This document shows, in pieces, positions 53,673 through 64,000 of a DNA stretch of 64,000 bases (position 1 is its first letter; each line of letters begins with the position of its first letter). This stretch comes from an uncultured Actinomycetota bacterium. Its GTDB lineage: Bacteria; Actinomycetota; Actinomycetes; CAVWCF01. A program made the position numbers and the translations under genes. The stretch covers positions 480,001 to 544,000 of the forward strand of contig CAVWCF010000001.1 of assembly GCA_963753435.1 (NCBI GenBank), read 5' to 3'. The notes beneath the pieces were generated by a model. That model did no database searches, had not been told where the DNA came from, and was given only the letters and a program-made list of their open reading frames with translations.

Positions 53673-54691
53673 TGATCGACCTTCGTTCCGACACCGTCAC
53701 CCTGCCCGATGCGGGCATGCGGGCGGCAATGGCGGCGGCGCCGGTCGGCGACGACCAGTTCGGCGAGGACCCGAGCGTCAATGCGCTGCAGGAGCAGTTG
53801 GCCGACCTGTTGGGGCATGAGGCCGCACTGTGGCTACCCACGGGGACCATGGCCAATCAGGTGGCCCTGCGGGTGCTGACCCAACCCGGTGACGACGTCG
53901 TCGTCGCGCCGGAGTCGCACTCCGTATGGCATGAGACCGGAGCGTCGGCGGCCAACGCCGGTGTTCAGTTCACGGTCGCCGGCTCCGCCGGCCGGTTCAC
54001 CGCCGATGACCTGCAAGCGGCAACCAAGCCCACCGGCCACATGATCCTGCCGCCGACCACGCTGGTGCAGATCGAGAACACGCATAACCGGGCGGGCGGG
54101 GTGGCGTGGTCCGCCGCCGAAGTGCGGCCGGTGCTCGCCAAGGCGAAGGAGCTCGGCTTGGCCGCCTACTGCGACGGCGCCCGCCTCTGGAACGCCGCCG
54201 TGGCGACCGGTACGCCCGAATCGGAGTTGGCCGACGGGTTTGACCTGGTTGCTGTCGCCTTCTCCAAGGGCCTGGGGGCACCTGCCGGATCGGCCCTGGC
54301 TGGATCAGCGGACCTGATCCGCCGCGCCTTGCGATATCGGCGCATGTTCGGCGGCGCCATGCGGCAGGCGGGGATCTTGGCCGCTGCCGCGTCGTACGCC
54401 TTGGCCAACCGAGAGCGACTCCACGAGGATCACGCCAACGCGGCGACCCTGGCCGAAACACTGCAGCCGGTGGCCGGTGTTTCGGTGCGTCCGCATGACA
54501 GCAACATCGTGGTGTTCGACCTGGACGACGCCGGCCCGGACGCTGCCACCGTGGTCCAGCGCGCTGCGGCCGAGGGCGTGGCGGTACTGGCGTTCGCACC
54601 GCGCACCGTGCGCGCCGTCACGCACCTGGGGGTAACCGCCAGCGACTGCCAAGCGGCAGCTCAGGTGCTGGCCGCCGCCAGCGCCGGCTGA
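53672..54691 (+). CDS. ltaE: Low-specificity L-threonine aldolase family PLP enzyme
   Basis: [51 protein letters not shown]; TGATG overlap with heliorhodopsin. Confidence 0.92.
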   Translation: MIDLRSDTVTLPDAGMRAAMAAAPVGDDQFGEDPSVNALQEQLADLLGHEAALWLPTGTMANQVALRVLTQPGDDVVVAPESHSVWHETGASAANAGVQFTVAGSAGRFTADDLQAATKPTGHMILPPTTLVQIENTHNRAGGVAWSAAEVRPVLAKAKELGLAAYCDGARLWNAAVATGTPESELADGFDLVAVAFSKGLGAPAGSALAGSADLIRRALRYRRMFGGAMRQAGILAAAASYALANRERLHEDHANAATLAETLQPVAGVSVRPHDSNIVVFDLDDAGPDAATVVQRAAAEGVAVLAFAPRTVRAVTHLGVTASDCQAAAQVLAAASAG

Positions 54692-55125
54692 GCGCCGGCG
54701 CGCGTCCGCACCGCGTAGACGGTGTCCAGCAAGAGCAGGAAGCCACCCTGGACGAGGATTCCCGCGCCATCGCCACGAACGGTTTCGGCGTCCGCGCGCG
54801 CAAAACGATCAGCGATCTGCCCGGAACGGGACAGCATCAGCAACCCGCCGGCGAGGTAGCCGAAATCGGCGCCAGCATTGATGAGCAGGATTCGATGCAG
54901 TTTCCGCAGATCCTCCGGCGATTGCTCACCTCGGCCTCGATAGGCACCGATCCCCGCGATGACCAGATCCACCGCACCCCAGCCGACTTGCTGCCTCGCG
55001 AACCCCTTGCGCCAGTTCTGTTGCGTGGCGTCCGCGGAGCGTGCCAGGACCTGACCCGCCACAACACTGGCCGCACCCCAAGCACCCAGCAATGAGGTCA
55101 GTTGCCGGTCCAGTCGTGCCGCCAT
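54661..55125 (-). CDS. Membrane protein (DUF6992-like)
   Basis: [34 protein letters not shown]. Confidence 0.8.
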   Translation of the reverse strand: MAARLDRQLTSLLGAWGAASVVAGQVLARSADATQQNWRKGFARQQVGWGAVDLVIAGIGAYRGRGEQSPEDLRKLHRILLINAGADFGYLAGGLLMLSRSGQIADRFARADAETVRGDGAGILVQGGFLLLLDTVYAVRTRAGAQPALAAAST

Positions 55126-55181
55126 CCCCCAATCCTGTCGTAGCCGGGCGCAGCTCGGGACGGCCTGGCCACAATGTCGAG

Positions 55182-55856
55182 ATGACCACAGCAGAGATCT
55201 GGCATGAAGTTGACGAGTTCATCGAGGAACGACTCCTAGCTGGAGCCCCCGGCCCTCGGTCGGCCGCCGAACGTGCCGAGGCGGCCGGGCTGCCGCACAT
55301 CGCGGTGTCACCCCCGTTGGGAGCGCTGCTTGCCCTGTTGGCACAGGCGATCGGGGCGCGCCGGGTACTCGAAGTGGGCACCCTCGGTGGCTACAGCACC
55401 CTTTGGCTGGCCCAGGCGCTGCCGGCCGACGGCGAGGTGATCACCTTGGAGATCGACGCGACTCACGCCGCCGTCGCCATGGAGTCGATTCGACTGGCCC
55501 AACCTGAGGCCCGGGTCGAGGTCAGACTGGGCCCGGCCCTGGATGCCCTCGACACGCTGATCGAGGAGGCCGGGCCCGAGTTCGACCTGGCCTTCATCGA
55601 CGCGGACAAGACCAACAACGCTCAGTACGTCGAGCGGGCGCTGCGCCTCTGCCGGCCCGGGGCACTCATCATCGTGGACAACGTGGTGCGCGACGGCCGC
55701 GTGCTCGACGCGGACTCGACCGATGATTCCGTCCGCGGGACCCGCGCCCTCTACGAGTTCGTGGCCGCCGAACCCCGGCTGGAGGCCACCGCCATCCAGA
55801 CCGTGGGCAGCAAGGGCTACGACGGCTTCCTGCTGGCCCGGGTTCGTGCCGACTAG
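55182..55856 (+). CDS. SAM-dependent O-methyltransferase (caffeoyl-CoA OMT-like)
   Basis: LEVGTLGGYS, FIDADK, DNVVR, QTVGSKGYDGF. Confidence 0.93.
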   Translation: MTTAEIWHEVDEFIEERLLAGAPGPRSAAERAEAAGLPHIAVSPPLGALLALLAQAIGARRVLEVGTLGGYSTLWLAQALPADGEVITLEIDATHAAVAMESIRLAQPEARVEVRLGPALDALDTLIEEAGPEFDLAFIDADKTNNAQYVERALRLCRPGALIIVDNVVRDGRVLDADSTDDSVRGTRALYEFVAAEPRLEATAIQTVGSKGYDGFLLARVRAD

Positions 55857-55865
55857 CGTCCGAGC

Positions 55866-56078
55866 ATGTGTCGAAGCATCAAGACTTTGCGACCCCCATA
55901 CACCGATGCCGTAACCGACGCGGACGTCCGGGCCGCAGCGCTGCAGTACGTCCGCAAGGTGTCCGGGTTCCGCAGCCCGGCGGCGCACAATGCCGAGGAG
56001 TTCGACCGGGCAGTCGATGACATCACGATCGCGACGCAGCGACTCCTCGATGGCCTAACGGTTCGGGGCCGCACCTGA
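55866..56078 (+). CDS. DUF2277 family protein
   Basis: MCRSIKTL, AALQYVRKVSG. Confidence 0.9.
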   Translation: MCRSIKTLRPPYTDAVTDADVRAAALQYVRKVSGFRSPAAHNAEEFDRAVDDITIATQRLLDGLTVRGRT

Positions 56079-56094
56079 GGTGCGGCCCCGAACC
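56060..56094. terminator. Perfect inverted repeat, probable bidirectional terminator
   Basis: GGTTCGGGGCCGCACCT-G-AGGTGCGGCCCCGAACC between the convergent DUF2277 gene and nrdJ. Confidence 0.7.
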
Positions 56095-56144
56095 AAGACC
56101 GGTTGCCCGGCCAGAATCTGGCAGTAGGGCGGTCTCCCGGCGGA

Positions 56145-58991
56145 TCAGCTGCAACCGCTGGTGCTGCCACACCCTTCGCAGACGTAGCAGGAACCCGACG
56201 GCCGCATCTTGACGCCGCAGGTCATGCACATCGGCGCATCCGCGGCAGCCCCGGTCAGCTGCTCCAGCAACTCCATCGACGAGTGCGTTCCCGCCGGAGC
56301 CGGGCCGGAGATACCGATCGGATGCGCAGCCGGCTCAGCCGCTACTGGCTCGTCCGACCCGGGCACCTCCTCATCAATACCCAGCTCGTCCTGCTCCTCG
56401 TAGCTTCCCGTCTCAACAGCCCGGGCACGTTCCTCGGCCGTGTAGATGCCGAGTTGCGACCGTGTCTCGAACGGCAGGTGGTCCAGCGCCAGCCGCCTGA
56501 AGATGTAGTCCATCACCGACTGCGACATCCGGATGTCCGGGTCATCGGTCATGCCCGCCGGGTCGAATCGCATGTTGATGAACTTCGAGACGTAGGCCTC
56601 CAACGGGACGCCGTACTGCAGCCCGATCGAGATCGCGATCGAGAAGGCGTCCATGACACCGGCCAGGGTTGATCCCTGCTTGCTCATCTTGATGAACAAC
56701 TCGCCCAGGCCGTTGTCCGGGTAGGAACCGGCGGTCAGATAACCCTCGGCGCCGGCAACGGAGAACGAAACGGTCGTGCTCGGCCGCGACTTGGGCAGCC
56801 GCTTGCGGACCGGCCGGTACTCGACCTCGACCTGCTTGGCCGCATCTCCCTCGGTCTTGGCTCGCGCATCCGACAACGGCTGGCCGACCTTGCAGTTGTC
56901 CCGGTAGACGGCCAGCGCCTTCAGACCGAGTTTCCAGCCCTGCAGATAGACGTCCTCGATCTCCCCCACCGACGCCGTCTCGGGCAGGTTGACCGTCTTG
57001 GAAATAGCACCGGAGATGAACGGCTGGACCGCAGCCATCATGCGAACGTGCCCCATCGGCTTGATCGACCGTTCGCCCATTGCGCAGTCGAACACCGAGT
57101 AGTGCTCCGGCTTGAGGCCTGGTGCGTCAACCACGTTTCCGTGCGCGGAGATGTGCTCGACGATCGCCTCGATCGTCTCCTCGGTGTAGCCAAGCTTGTG
57201 CAGCGCTCGCGGCACCGTCTGGTTGACGATCTGCATGGAGCCGCCACCGACGAGCTTCTTGAACTTGACCAGCGCCAGGTCCGGTTCGATGCCGGTCGTG
57301 TCGCAGTCCATCATCAGGCCGATCGTGCCCGTGGGCGCCAGCACCGATGCCTGGGAGTTACGCCAACCGTTCGATCCACCGACCGCCAAGCACTTCTCCC
57401 ACTCCGCCGTGGCCGCGCCGTGGACGGTGCGGTCCAACTCGGAGTAGGTGCGGACCGCGTCATTGGCGGCGGCGTGCTTGCGCATGACTCGCGTGTGCGC
57501 TTCCGCGTTGCGCGAGTAGCCGTCGTAGGTCCCGACGACTCCGGCCAGTTCAGCCGACCGCCGGTACGCGGTGCCGGTCATCAGCGAGGTGATCGCGGCC
57601 GCCAGCGCCCGACCGGCGTCGGAGTCGTACGCCAGACCGCTGGCCATCAGCAGCGCGCCCAGGTTCGCGTAGCCGATCCCCAACTGGCGAAACGCGCGGG
57701 TGGTGTCGCCGATCGCCTCAGTCGGGAAGTCCGCGAAGCAGATGGAGATGTCCATCGCCGTGATGACCAGCTCAACGGCCTTGGTGAATGTCGCGGCGTC
57801 GAAGGTGTCGTCCGAACGCAGGAACTTCAGCAGGTTCAGGCTGGCGAGGTTGCACGAGGAGTTGTCCAGGTGCATGTACTCGCTGCATGGGTTGGAGGCG
57901 GTGATCCGCCCCGACTCCGGGCAGGTGTGCCAGTCGTTGATGATGCCGTCGTACTGAATGCCGGGGTCGGCGCACTCCCAGGCTGCCTGCGCCATGCGGT
58001 GGAACAGATCGCGCGCGTCGACCTCCTCGATGACCTCCCCGGTGGCCCGGGCGCGCAGCCCGAACTGCCCACCTTCCTCGACTGCGCGCATGAAGTCGTC
58101 GGAGACCCGTACCGAGTTGTTGGCGTTCTGGTACTGCACCGAGACGATGTCGCGCCCGCCGAGGTCCATGTCGAAGCCGGCATCGCGCAGGGCGCGGATC
58201 TTGTCTTCCTCGCGGGCCTTGGTGTTGATGAACTCCTCGATGTCAGGGTGATCGACGTCGAGGACAACCATCTTGGCCGCCCGCCGCGTGGCCCCACCGG
58301 ACTTGATCGTTCCGGCGGATGCGTCCGCACCGCGCATGAAGGAAACCGGGCCGGAGGCCGTGCCCCCGGAGCTCAGCAGCTCCTTGCTGGAACGGATCCG
58401 CGAAAGGTTGAGGCCGGCGCCGGAGCCGCCCTTGAAGATGCGCCCTTCTTCCCGGTACCAGTTCAGGATCGAGTCCATCGTGTCGTCGACAGCCAGGATG
58501 AAGCAGGCCGAGACCTGCTGCGGTGCCGTGGTACCGACGTTGAACCACACCGGAGAGTTGAACGAGAAGACCTGGTGCAACAGCATCCAAGTCAGTTCGT
58601 GCTCGAAGACCTCGGCATCGGCGTCGGTCTCGAAGTAGCCGTGCTCGAGGCCGGCGGACGTGTACTTCTTGACCACCCGGTCAATGACCTGCCGCAGGCT
58701 CCACTCGCGACTGTCCGAGCCGACCGCGCCACGGAAGTACTTGGTGGTCACGATCGTGGAAGCGTTCACGGACCAGAAGTCCGGGTACTCCACGCCGCGC
58801 TGCTCGAAGACCACGTCGCCGGTCTTCCAGTTGGTCTGGACCACGTCGCGGCGTTCCCAGGTCACCTCGTCGTACGGATGCAGACCGGCCGTCGTGTAGA
58901 CGCGCTCGATCTTCAGCCCGTTGCGCTGAAGTTGCGGGCGCACATCGGTGGCCTGCTCGTGGGCCGGCGTGTTGCTCGCCGTCTCGGTCAT
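56145..58991 (-). CDS. nrdJ: Class II (adenosylcobalamin-dependent) ribonucleotide reductase
   Basis: [35 protein letters not shown]-terminal TSCPD and CxxC..CxxC domains. Confidence 0.96.
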   Translation of the reverse strand: MTETASNTPAHEQATDVRPQLQRNGLKIERVYTTAGLHPYDEVTWERRDVVQTNWKTGDVVFEQRGVEYPDFWSVNASTIVTTKYFRGAVGSDSREWSLRQVIDRVVKKYTSAGLEHGYFETDADAEVFEHELTWMLLHQVFSFNSPVWFNVGTTAPQQVSACFILAVDDTMDSILNWYREEGRIFKGGSGAGLNLSRIRSSKELLSSGGTASGPVSFMRGADASAGTIKSGGATRRAAKMVVLDVDHPDIEEFINTKAREEDKIRALRDAGFDMDLGGRDIVSVQYQNANNSVRVSDDFMRAVEEGGQFGLRARATGEVIEEVDARDLFHRMAQAAWECADPGIQYDGIINDWHTCPESGRITASNPCSEYMHLDNSSCNLASLNLLKFLRSDDTFDAATFTKAVELVITAMDISICFADFPTEAIGDTTRAFRQLGIGYANLGALLMASGLAYDSDAGRALAAAITSLMTGTAYRRSAELAGVVGTYDGYSRNAEAHTRVMRKHAAANDAVRTYSELDRTVHGAATAEWEKCLAVGGSNGWRNSQASVLAPTGTIGLMMDCDTTGIEPDLALVKFKKLVGGGSMQIVNQTVPRALHKLGYTEETIEAIVEHISAHGNVVDAPGLKPEHYSVFDCAMGERSIKPMGHVRMMAAVQPFISGAISKTVNLPETASVGEIEDVYLQGWKLGLKALAVYRDNCKVGQPLSDARAKTEGDAAKQVEVEYRPVRKRLPKSRPSTTVSFSVAGAEGYLTAGSYPDNGLGELFIKMSKQGSTLAGVMDAFSIAISIGLQYGVPLEAYVSKFINMRFDPAGMTDDPDIRMSQSVMDYIFRRLALDHLPFETRSQLGIYTAEERARAVETGSYEEQDELGIDEEVPGSDEPVAAEPAAHPIGISGPAPAGTHSSMELLEQLTGAAADAPMCMTCGVKMRPSGSCYVCEGCGSTSGCS

Positions 58992-59581
58992 GTGTGGGTC
59001 CCCTCGGCAGTGGTGTCAGTCCCGGTGTCCCGGGCGGATGCGGTCAGCTGTTGTTCTGGCGTTTGGGTTGTGCTCAGGTCGGACGGTTGCGATTCGGCCT
59101 CGGACAGGCCGGCTTCGTCGGCGATGTCGCCCAGTTCCTGCTCGGTACGCAGCAGGGCGATCTCCGACTCGAAGTCGTCAAGGGAGTCAAAGGAGCGGTA
59201 GACCGACGCGAAGCGCATGTAGGCGACCTCGTCCAGTTCCCGCAACGGCCCGAGGATCTCCAGGCCCACGTCGTGCGCGTCCACCTCGGCGACGCCGGCG
59301 GCGCGGACCGCTTCCTCGACCCGGTGCGCCAGCACCGCGAGGTCATCGTCACTGACTGGCCGCCCCTGGCAGGCCTTGCGCACGCCGGTGATGACCTTGT
59401 CGCGGCTGAACGGCTCGGTGGCGCCGGAGCGCTTGACGACCACCAGCGAGGCCTGCTCCACCGTGGTGAAGCGCCGGTTGCAGGTCAGACACTGGCGGCG
59501 GCGGCGAATGGCCAGGCCGTCGTCGGCGGTTCGGCTGTCAACCACGCGCGACTCGGCGTTTCGGCAGTAAGGGCAACGCAT
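58988..59581 (-). CDS. nrdR: Transcriptional repressor NrdR
   Basis: MRCPYC, VVDSR, IRRRRQC..C..RFTT.E, ATP-cone, [12 protein letters not shown]. Confidence 0.96.
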   Translation of the reverse strand: MRCPYCRNAESRVVDSRTADDGLAIRRRRQCLTCNRRFTTVEQASLVVVKRSGATEPFSRDKVITGVRKACQGRPVSDDDLAVLAHRVEEAVRAAGVAEVDAHDVGLEILGPLRELDEVAYMRFASVYRSFDSLDDFESEIALLRTEQELGDIADEAGLSEAESQPSDLSTTQTPEQQLTASARDTGTDTTAEGTHT

Positions 59582-59677
59582 GGGACACCTCCCGTCCGGC
59601 GCTTTCGGGCCACCGATGGAAGCCACGTCCCTGGGGACAACCTGTGGGTGTCTTGGGGACAGGTTGTGGTCTGGAAA

Positions 59678-59725
59678 CCACAACCTGTGGATGACTTACA
59701 TTGGTGTAACCACTAGATGTTGGGG
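59678..59725. promoter_or_regulatory. Tandem NrdR boxes
   Basis: CCACAACCTGTGGATG (59678) and CCACTAGATGTTGGGG (59710), 32 bp apart, upstream of nrdR-nrdJ. Confidence 0.8.
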
Positions 59726-59820
59726 TAACCGTATGACTGTGACGTTGGTTACGCAAGACCCTGAATGCGCATCGGCGTGTCGCCACCGGTGGCGCGGCGT
59801 TGCCGCAGGTCAGAGCCGTT

Positions 59821-60177
59821 TCAGGCCGGCACGAGCAACGCCTGGCCGGCCACCACGGGTGCCGCGTCCAGGTTGTTGAGCTCCTCGATCTCAGCGATGA
59901 CCGCGCGCGGATCCCGCTGCGGGTCCACGGTCCGGGCGATACCCCAAAGGCTGTCCCCCGCTTGGACCACGACGGTTCGGGTGACTGGGCCGCTGGGCTC
60001 GGCCCAGGCAACGGCGCTACGCGTCACGCCCAGTAGCCCGATCAGCAAGACGGCCAGCAGCGCCAATAGCACCAACCTGCCTCGTCTCGTCAGGCGAATC
60101 CCCTGCGGAATCGCAGCCAGGGTTCCCGCGGCGGACGCGGCGGTGGGGCGCTGCGCGTGGGTGCGGATGGTCTTCAT
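59821..60177 (-). CDS. LysM membrane protein (ChiZ/YneA-like SOS division inhibitor)
   Basis: RLTRRGR, one TM helix, VQAGDSLWGIA..DPR..I.ELN; divergent from lexA. Confidence 0.88.
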   Translation of the reverse strand: MKTIRTHAQRPTAASAAGTLAAIPQGIRLTRRGRLVLLALLAVLLIGLLGVTRSAVAWAEPSGPVTRTVVVQAGDSLWGIARTVDPQRDPRAVIAEIEELNNLDAAPVVAGQALLVPA

Positions 60178-60199
60178 ACCGACCTCCCAGTCACTCTTG

Positions 60200-60296
60200 T
60201 CGAACACCTGTTCGTTCGAACACCTGTGCGATGTATAGCCAAATCACGAGGCAAAGTCCAGAAACACTCGAACATGTGTTTGAAACTCGTGTTCGA
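60200..60296. promoter_or_regulatory. Four LexA (SOS) boxes
   Basis: TCGAACACCTGTTCGT (60200), TCGAACACCTGTGCGA (60216), TCGAACATGTGTTTGA (60268), TGAAACTCGTGTTCGA (60281), versus consensus TCGAAC-N4-GTTCGA. Confidence 0.88.
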
Positions 60297-60322
60297 AGGG
60301 CCTACCTTTCGTTCCGTAGGGC

Positions 60323-60383
60323 AACCAGAACGCTGCAAACCGAGAACGCTGCAAACCAGAACACTGCAAACCAGAACGCTGCA
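60323..60383 (+). repeat. 4 x 15-bp tandem repeat AACCAGAACGCTGCA in the lexA leader
   Basis: Units at 60323, 60338 (one extra G), 60354 (one substitution) and 60369. Confidence 0.9.
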
Positions 60384-60459
60384 CCCGCATGCCGGACACT
60401 CTCGCGAGGGGGTCCGACACGGCTTGTGGGGCAGCCACCGCAGGTGAGGGAGGACCCCA

Positions 60460-61191
60460 GTGGATGGCGACGCGGAGATCAAGCAGTTCCCCGACCCAGT
60501 GGACGGCGTCGAGGGCCACTCACTGACGCCGCGACAGCGGCGCGTCCTGGAGGTCATCCGGTCCGCCGTCACCGAGCGGGGCTACCCGCCCAGCATGCGC
60601 GAGATAGGCGAGGCAGTGGGGCTGACGTCGCCATCTTCGGTCGCCCACCAATTGGCGGCACTTGAGCGCAAGGGCTACTTGCGTCGGGACCCACACCGCC
60701 CCCGCGCCATCGAGGTCCTGGAACCCGGCGCGGCGCCAGGTTCACCGCCCCCGCCGCTTGACGCGATCAAGGACGCGGCCTGGGTTGACGAGACCGACAG
60801 CGGCGACAGTGCGCCCACGCCGGCGTACGTGCCTGTCGTGGGACGCATTGCCGCCGGCGGTCCGATCCTGGCCGAAGAGGCAATTGAGGACGTGTTTCCG
60901 CTGCCCACCCAGCTTGTCGGCGACGGCACCCTCTTCCTGCTGAACGTTGTCGGCGACTCGATGATCGAAGCTGCCATCTGCGATGGGGACTGGGTCGTCG
61001 TCCGTCAGCAGAACGTTGCCGACAACGGTGACATCGTTGCGGCGATGATTGACGGTGAGGCGACGGTCAAGACCTTCAAGAGGCGAGACGGGCACGTCTG
61101 GCTGATGCCGCACAACCCCGCGTATGAGCCGATCAACGGCGACGAGGCCAGCGTCCTTGGTCGCGTAGTGGCGGTCCTTCGGCGGGTGTAG
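60460..61191 (+). CDS. lexA: SOS repressor LexA
   Basis: [10 protein letters not shown] wHTH, GRIAAG cleavage site, GDSM, ATVK. Confidence 0.96.
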   Translation: MDGDAEIKQFPDPVDGVEGHSLTPRQRRVLEVIRSAVTERGYPPSMREIGEAVGLTSPSSVAHQLAALERKGYLRRDPHRPRAIEVLEPGAAPGSPPPPLDAIKDAAWVDETDSGDSAPTPAYVPVVGRIAAGGPILAEEAIEDVFPLPTQLVGDGTLFLLNVVGDSMIEAAICDGDWVVVRQQNVADNGDIVAAMIDGEATVKTFKRRDGHVWLMPHNPAYEPINGDEASVLGRVVAVLRRV

Positions 61192-61212
61192 CCAGCAGAG
61201 CGGGCAGTGGCG

Positions 61213-63168
61213 CTAACCGGCTGACGACTCCGCATCCAGTCGACGCAACGCCTCGCGGACTGCCGCCCCGTCGGTCGTCCGCCAGAACGGCGGCAGTGAC
61301 CTGAGCAAGAACCCGGAGTAGCCGGCGTTGGCCAGCCTGGAGTCCAGGACCGCGACCACTCCCCGATCACTGCCCCGCCGGATCAGCCGACCGGCCCCCT
61401 GCGCCAGCCGAAGTGCTGCCGTGGTGGCGCTGACCGCCATGAACCCGGCCGAACCGAGCAGTTCTTGGCGAGCCTGGACCAGGGGGTCATCGGGGCGTGG
61501 GAACGGGATTCGGTCGATAACGACGAGGTGGCAGGTCGCCCCCGGGACGTCCACGCCCTGCCACAGGGACAGGGTCCCGAACAGGCTGGTGGCGGGATCC
61601 TCGGCGAACTGCCGCACTAACGTCGCCGTCAGATCCTCCCCCTGGCACAAGACCCGCGCACCGGTTTCGGCGCGAACATGCTCAGCCGCTTCCTCTGCGG
61701 CTGCCTGCGAACTGAACAGGCCGAGGGTTCGGCCGCCGGCTGCGGTGAGCAGTTCGGTCAGCTCGACCAACGCGGCCGCACCGATCCCCCGGGCCGGCGG
61801 CGGCAGCGCTGCGGCAACGTAGAGAACCCCCTGGCTGGCGTAGTCGAACGGGGAGCCGACGTCGATACCGACCCAGCCCGGTTCTTCGTCCGGATCTGCC
61901 ACGTCGATGCCCAGGCGACCCGCGAGCGCGTTGAAGTCGCCGCCGACGGTGAGAGTCGCCGAGGTCAGGACCGCGGTGCGGTCCCGGAACAGGGCGGCGG
62001 CCAGGATCTCGGAAACGTCCAAAGGCGCAACGTGCAGGGCCTGGCCGCGCCGCGGCGATTCGGAGACCCAGACGACGTCGCCGGTGTCAAAGGACACCAA
62101 CCGACCGATGACGTCGCTGATCTCCTCCAGCCCGGAGCGGGCCTGCTTGCGCATCAAGGAGTCGGCCTCGCCACCGCCACCCAGTGTCCGGACTGCGGCT
62201 TGGGTCAAGTCCCGCAGCGCGACCAGCACATCGAACAGGCCGCCTGCGATTCGAACACGGCCCTCGGGGGTGTCCGACAGGGCCTCCTCAAGGCGCCGGC
62301 CGGCAACCGCCAAGGGCTCGGCGTCGGCGGAGTCCAGGAATCGGCCCGCCCGGGCGATCGCACGCTCCACCTGTGCCGGTAGCAGTTCGGCCGCCGCGGT
62401 CGAGGTGACCCGATCGGGCAGTTCGTGACCTTCGTCGACCACCACCGCACCGTGTTCGGGCAGCAGCGGGATGTCCTCCAGCGCATCGATGGCCAGCATT
62501 GCGTGGTTGGTCACGACTAGGTCGGCGTCGCGGGCCCGCTCCCGCGCCACTTCCGCGAAGCAGTCTGCCCCCTGCGGGCAATCAGTCGCCCCCAGGCACT
62601 CCCGACTCGTCACGCTGAACGCGCGCCAGACCCGGTCGGGCACGCCGGGCTGCAGTTCGTCACGGTCACCGGAGTCGGTCGCCGCCGCCCAGGATCGAAC
62701 CCGCGCCGCGTGGGCGGTCATGGACCCGCCAGCCGCCTCGAACAGCCCGGCCTGCTCGTCGTCGGCTTCCGGCCCACCTTCAAGCCGATTGCGGCACAAG
62801 TAGTTGGCGCGCCCCTTCAGCAGGGCGACCGAAACCGGCCGCGGCAGCAGTGGTTGCAGCGCCGCCGTCACGGCCGGGAGGTCCTTGTCCATCAGTTGCC
62901 GCTGCAGCGCCAGTGTTGCCGTGGCAACAACCACGCACTCGTCGTTGTCAACTGCGTACTGGACGGCTGCCACCAGGTAGGCCAGCGATTTGCCGGTGCC
63001 GGTGCCAGCCTGGACGAGTAGGTGCCTTTGGTCGGCGAAGGCCGCCGCTACCGCCTCGGCCATCTGGGCCTGCCCCGTGCGGCGCTGCCCGCCTACTGCT
63101 GCGACCGCGGCGTCCAGAAGGTCACTCAGATCACTGGACGCTGCTGTCACCGGGGCATCCTGCCCCAC
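61213..63168 (-). CDS. dinG: ATP-dependent DNA helicase DinG family
   Basis: QAGTGTGKS, KGRANYLC, Fe-S cysteines, VDEGH, TSATL, WQGVDVPG, QGAGRLIR. Confidence 0.93.
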   Translation of the reverse strand: MGQDAPVTAASSDLSDLLDAAVAAVGGQRRTGQAQMAEAVAAAFADQRHLLVQAGTGTGKSLAYLVAAVQYAVDNDECVVVATATLALQRQLMDKDLPAVTAALQPLLPRPVSVALLKGRANYLCRNRLEGGPEADDEQAGLFEAAGGSMTAHAARVRSWAAATDSGDRDELQPGVPDRVWRAFSVTSRECLGATDCPQGADCFAEVARERARDADLVVTNHAMLAIDALEDIPLLPEHGAVVVDEGHELPDRVTSTAAAELLPAQVERAIARAGRFLDSADAEPLAVAGRRLEEALSDTPEGRVRIAGGLFDVLVALRDLTQAAVRTLGGGGEADSLMRKQARSGLEEISDVIGRLVSFDTGDVVWVSESPRRGQALHVAPLDVSEILAAALFRDRTAVLTSATLTVGGDFNALAGRLGIDVADPDEEPGWVGIDVGSPFDYASQGVLYVAAALPPPARGIGAAALVELTELLTAAGGRTLGLFSSQAAAEEAAEHVRAETGARVLCQGEDLTATLVRQFAEDPATSLFGTLSLWQGVDVPGATCHLVVIDRIPFPRPDDPLVQARQELLGSAGFMAVSATTAALRLAQGAGRLIRRGSDRGVVAVLDSRLANAGYSGFLLRSLPPFWRTTDGAAVREALRRLDAESSAG

Positions 63169-63175
63169 TGCTGGG

Positions 63176-64000
63176 TCAGGCCGAACCCAAGCGCGATCCG
63201 GACGGCGCCAAGTGCGGCCGTCCGTCGATCTGGTTGTCCTCGAACATCTGCGTGATCGCGTCCGCCGGCATCGGACGAGCGAACACGAACCCCTGTCCCC
63301 GGTCGCACCCCATTGCCTTCAGCAATTGCACCTGCTCGGCGTTCTCCAGGCCCTCGGCCACGGTCCGCAACTGCAGGGTCCGGCCCAGTTCCACGATGGT
63401 TCGCGCCAGTTCGGCCTGATCGGACTCACACCCGACGTGCTCGATGAATGCTCGGTCGATCTTCAGCACGTCGACGGGGAACCGGGAGAGGTAGGACAGA
63501 GACGAGTAGCCGGTGCCGAAGTCGTCGACGGCGATACGCACGCCCAACGTCTTCAGCCGACTCATGATCTGCTCAACCTCTTCGGTGCGCTCCATGAACA
63601 CCGTCTCGGTGACCTCCAAGGTCAGCGTGCTCAAGGGGACGTGATTCTGCCCAGCCAGGTCGTGCAGTTTGCGCGGCAGGTCACGCTGCACCTGGTGTGC
63701 AGACAGGTTCACCGCTACCCGGAACGGCCGACCATCCGGGGAGAACCGCTGCCATAGCCCCGCCTGCTTCAGGCTCTCCGCCAAGGCGAAGTCACCCAGT
63801 TCGGTGACAAGGCCCTTGTCCTCGGCAAGCTCGATGAAGTTCGCCGGAAGCACCAGGCCGCGCTCGGGATGCTGCCACCGGAGCAGCGCCTCCACCCCGG
63901 TCACGGCGAAGGACTGCAGGTCGACCACGGGCTGGTAGTGCAGCACCAGCTGGTTGCCGCGCACCGCGTCCCGCAGGTCCTCCACGGTCTTGAGTTCGGC
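63176..64000 (-). CDS. EAL domain (c-di-GMP phosphodiesterase), C-terminal part of a gene running off the window
   Basis: HYQP, EALLRW, VNLS, DDFGTGYSSL, KIDRAF, AEGLE, QGF. Confidence 0.93.
   Translation of the reverse strand, partial: AELKTVEDLRDAVRGNQLVLHYQPVVDLQSFAVTGVEALLRWQHPERGLVLPANFIELAEDKGLVTELGDFALAESLKQAGLWQRFSPDGRPFRVAVNLSAHQVQRDLPRKLHDLAGQNHVPLSTLTLEVTETVFMERTEEVEQIMSRLKTLGVRIAVDDFGTGYSSLSYLSRFPVDVLKIDRAFIEHVGCESDQAELARTIVELGRTLQLRTVAEGLENAEQVQLLKAMGCDRGQGFVFARPMPADAITQMFEDNQIDGRPHLAPSGSRLGSA

Noticed and set aside
58988-59130. ~45-aa acidic C-terminal extension of NrdR
   Set aside because: Low-complexity tails bridging nrdR to nrdJ are common in actinobacteria
60323-60383. 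CRISPR array or alphaproteobacterial-type LexA box
   Set aside because: Units are contiguous with no spacers or cas genes; GAAC spacing is N11, not N7

Overview
High-GC actinobacterial (Actinomycetia) chromosome segment. Two stretches of core genes flank a variable region. The left block holds sepH, tdk, a GNAT/acyl-CoA ligase, psuG with a PfkB kinase, and topoisomerase IV parC/parE. The right block holds the principal sigma factor sigA/hrdB, ppk2, a Cu-ATPase, heliorhodopsin, nrdR-nrdJ, a LysM gene, lexA, dinG and an EAL protein. The ~23 kb variable region between parE and the sigA 3' end contains a circularly permuted ATP-grasp/alpha-E/transglutaminase operon, a PFOR operon and an ~11.5 kb run of small accessory genes. 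Three observations stand out. (1) The PFOR-DHOD-like operon ends in a protein with a ferredoxin-dependent bilin reductase (PcyA/PebA-like) fold, altered catalytic residues and a fused protochlorophyllide-reductase (PCP_red)-like C-terminal domain. (2) A synonymously diverged copy of the sigA 3' end lies 1.97 kb downstream of sigA, embedded in repeated TGAGCGCTGT motifs and imperfect hairpins, suggesting integrase-less cassettes that accrete at the sigA 3' end. (3) Heliorhodopsin is translationally coupled to a threonine aldolase. Several genes, including parE, carry frameshifts that most likely reflect long-read indel errors. No rRNA, tRNA, CRISPR array, integrase or transposase was recognised. 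All family calls come from motif recognition by eye; no database search was run.
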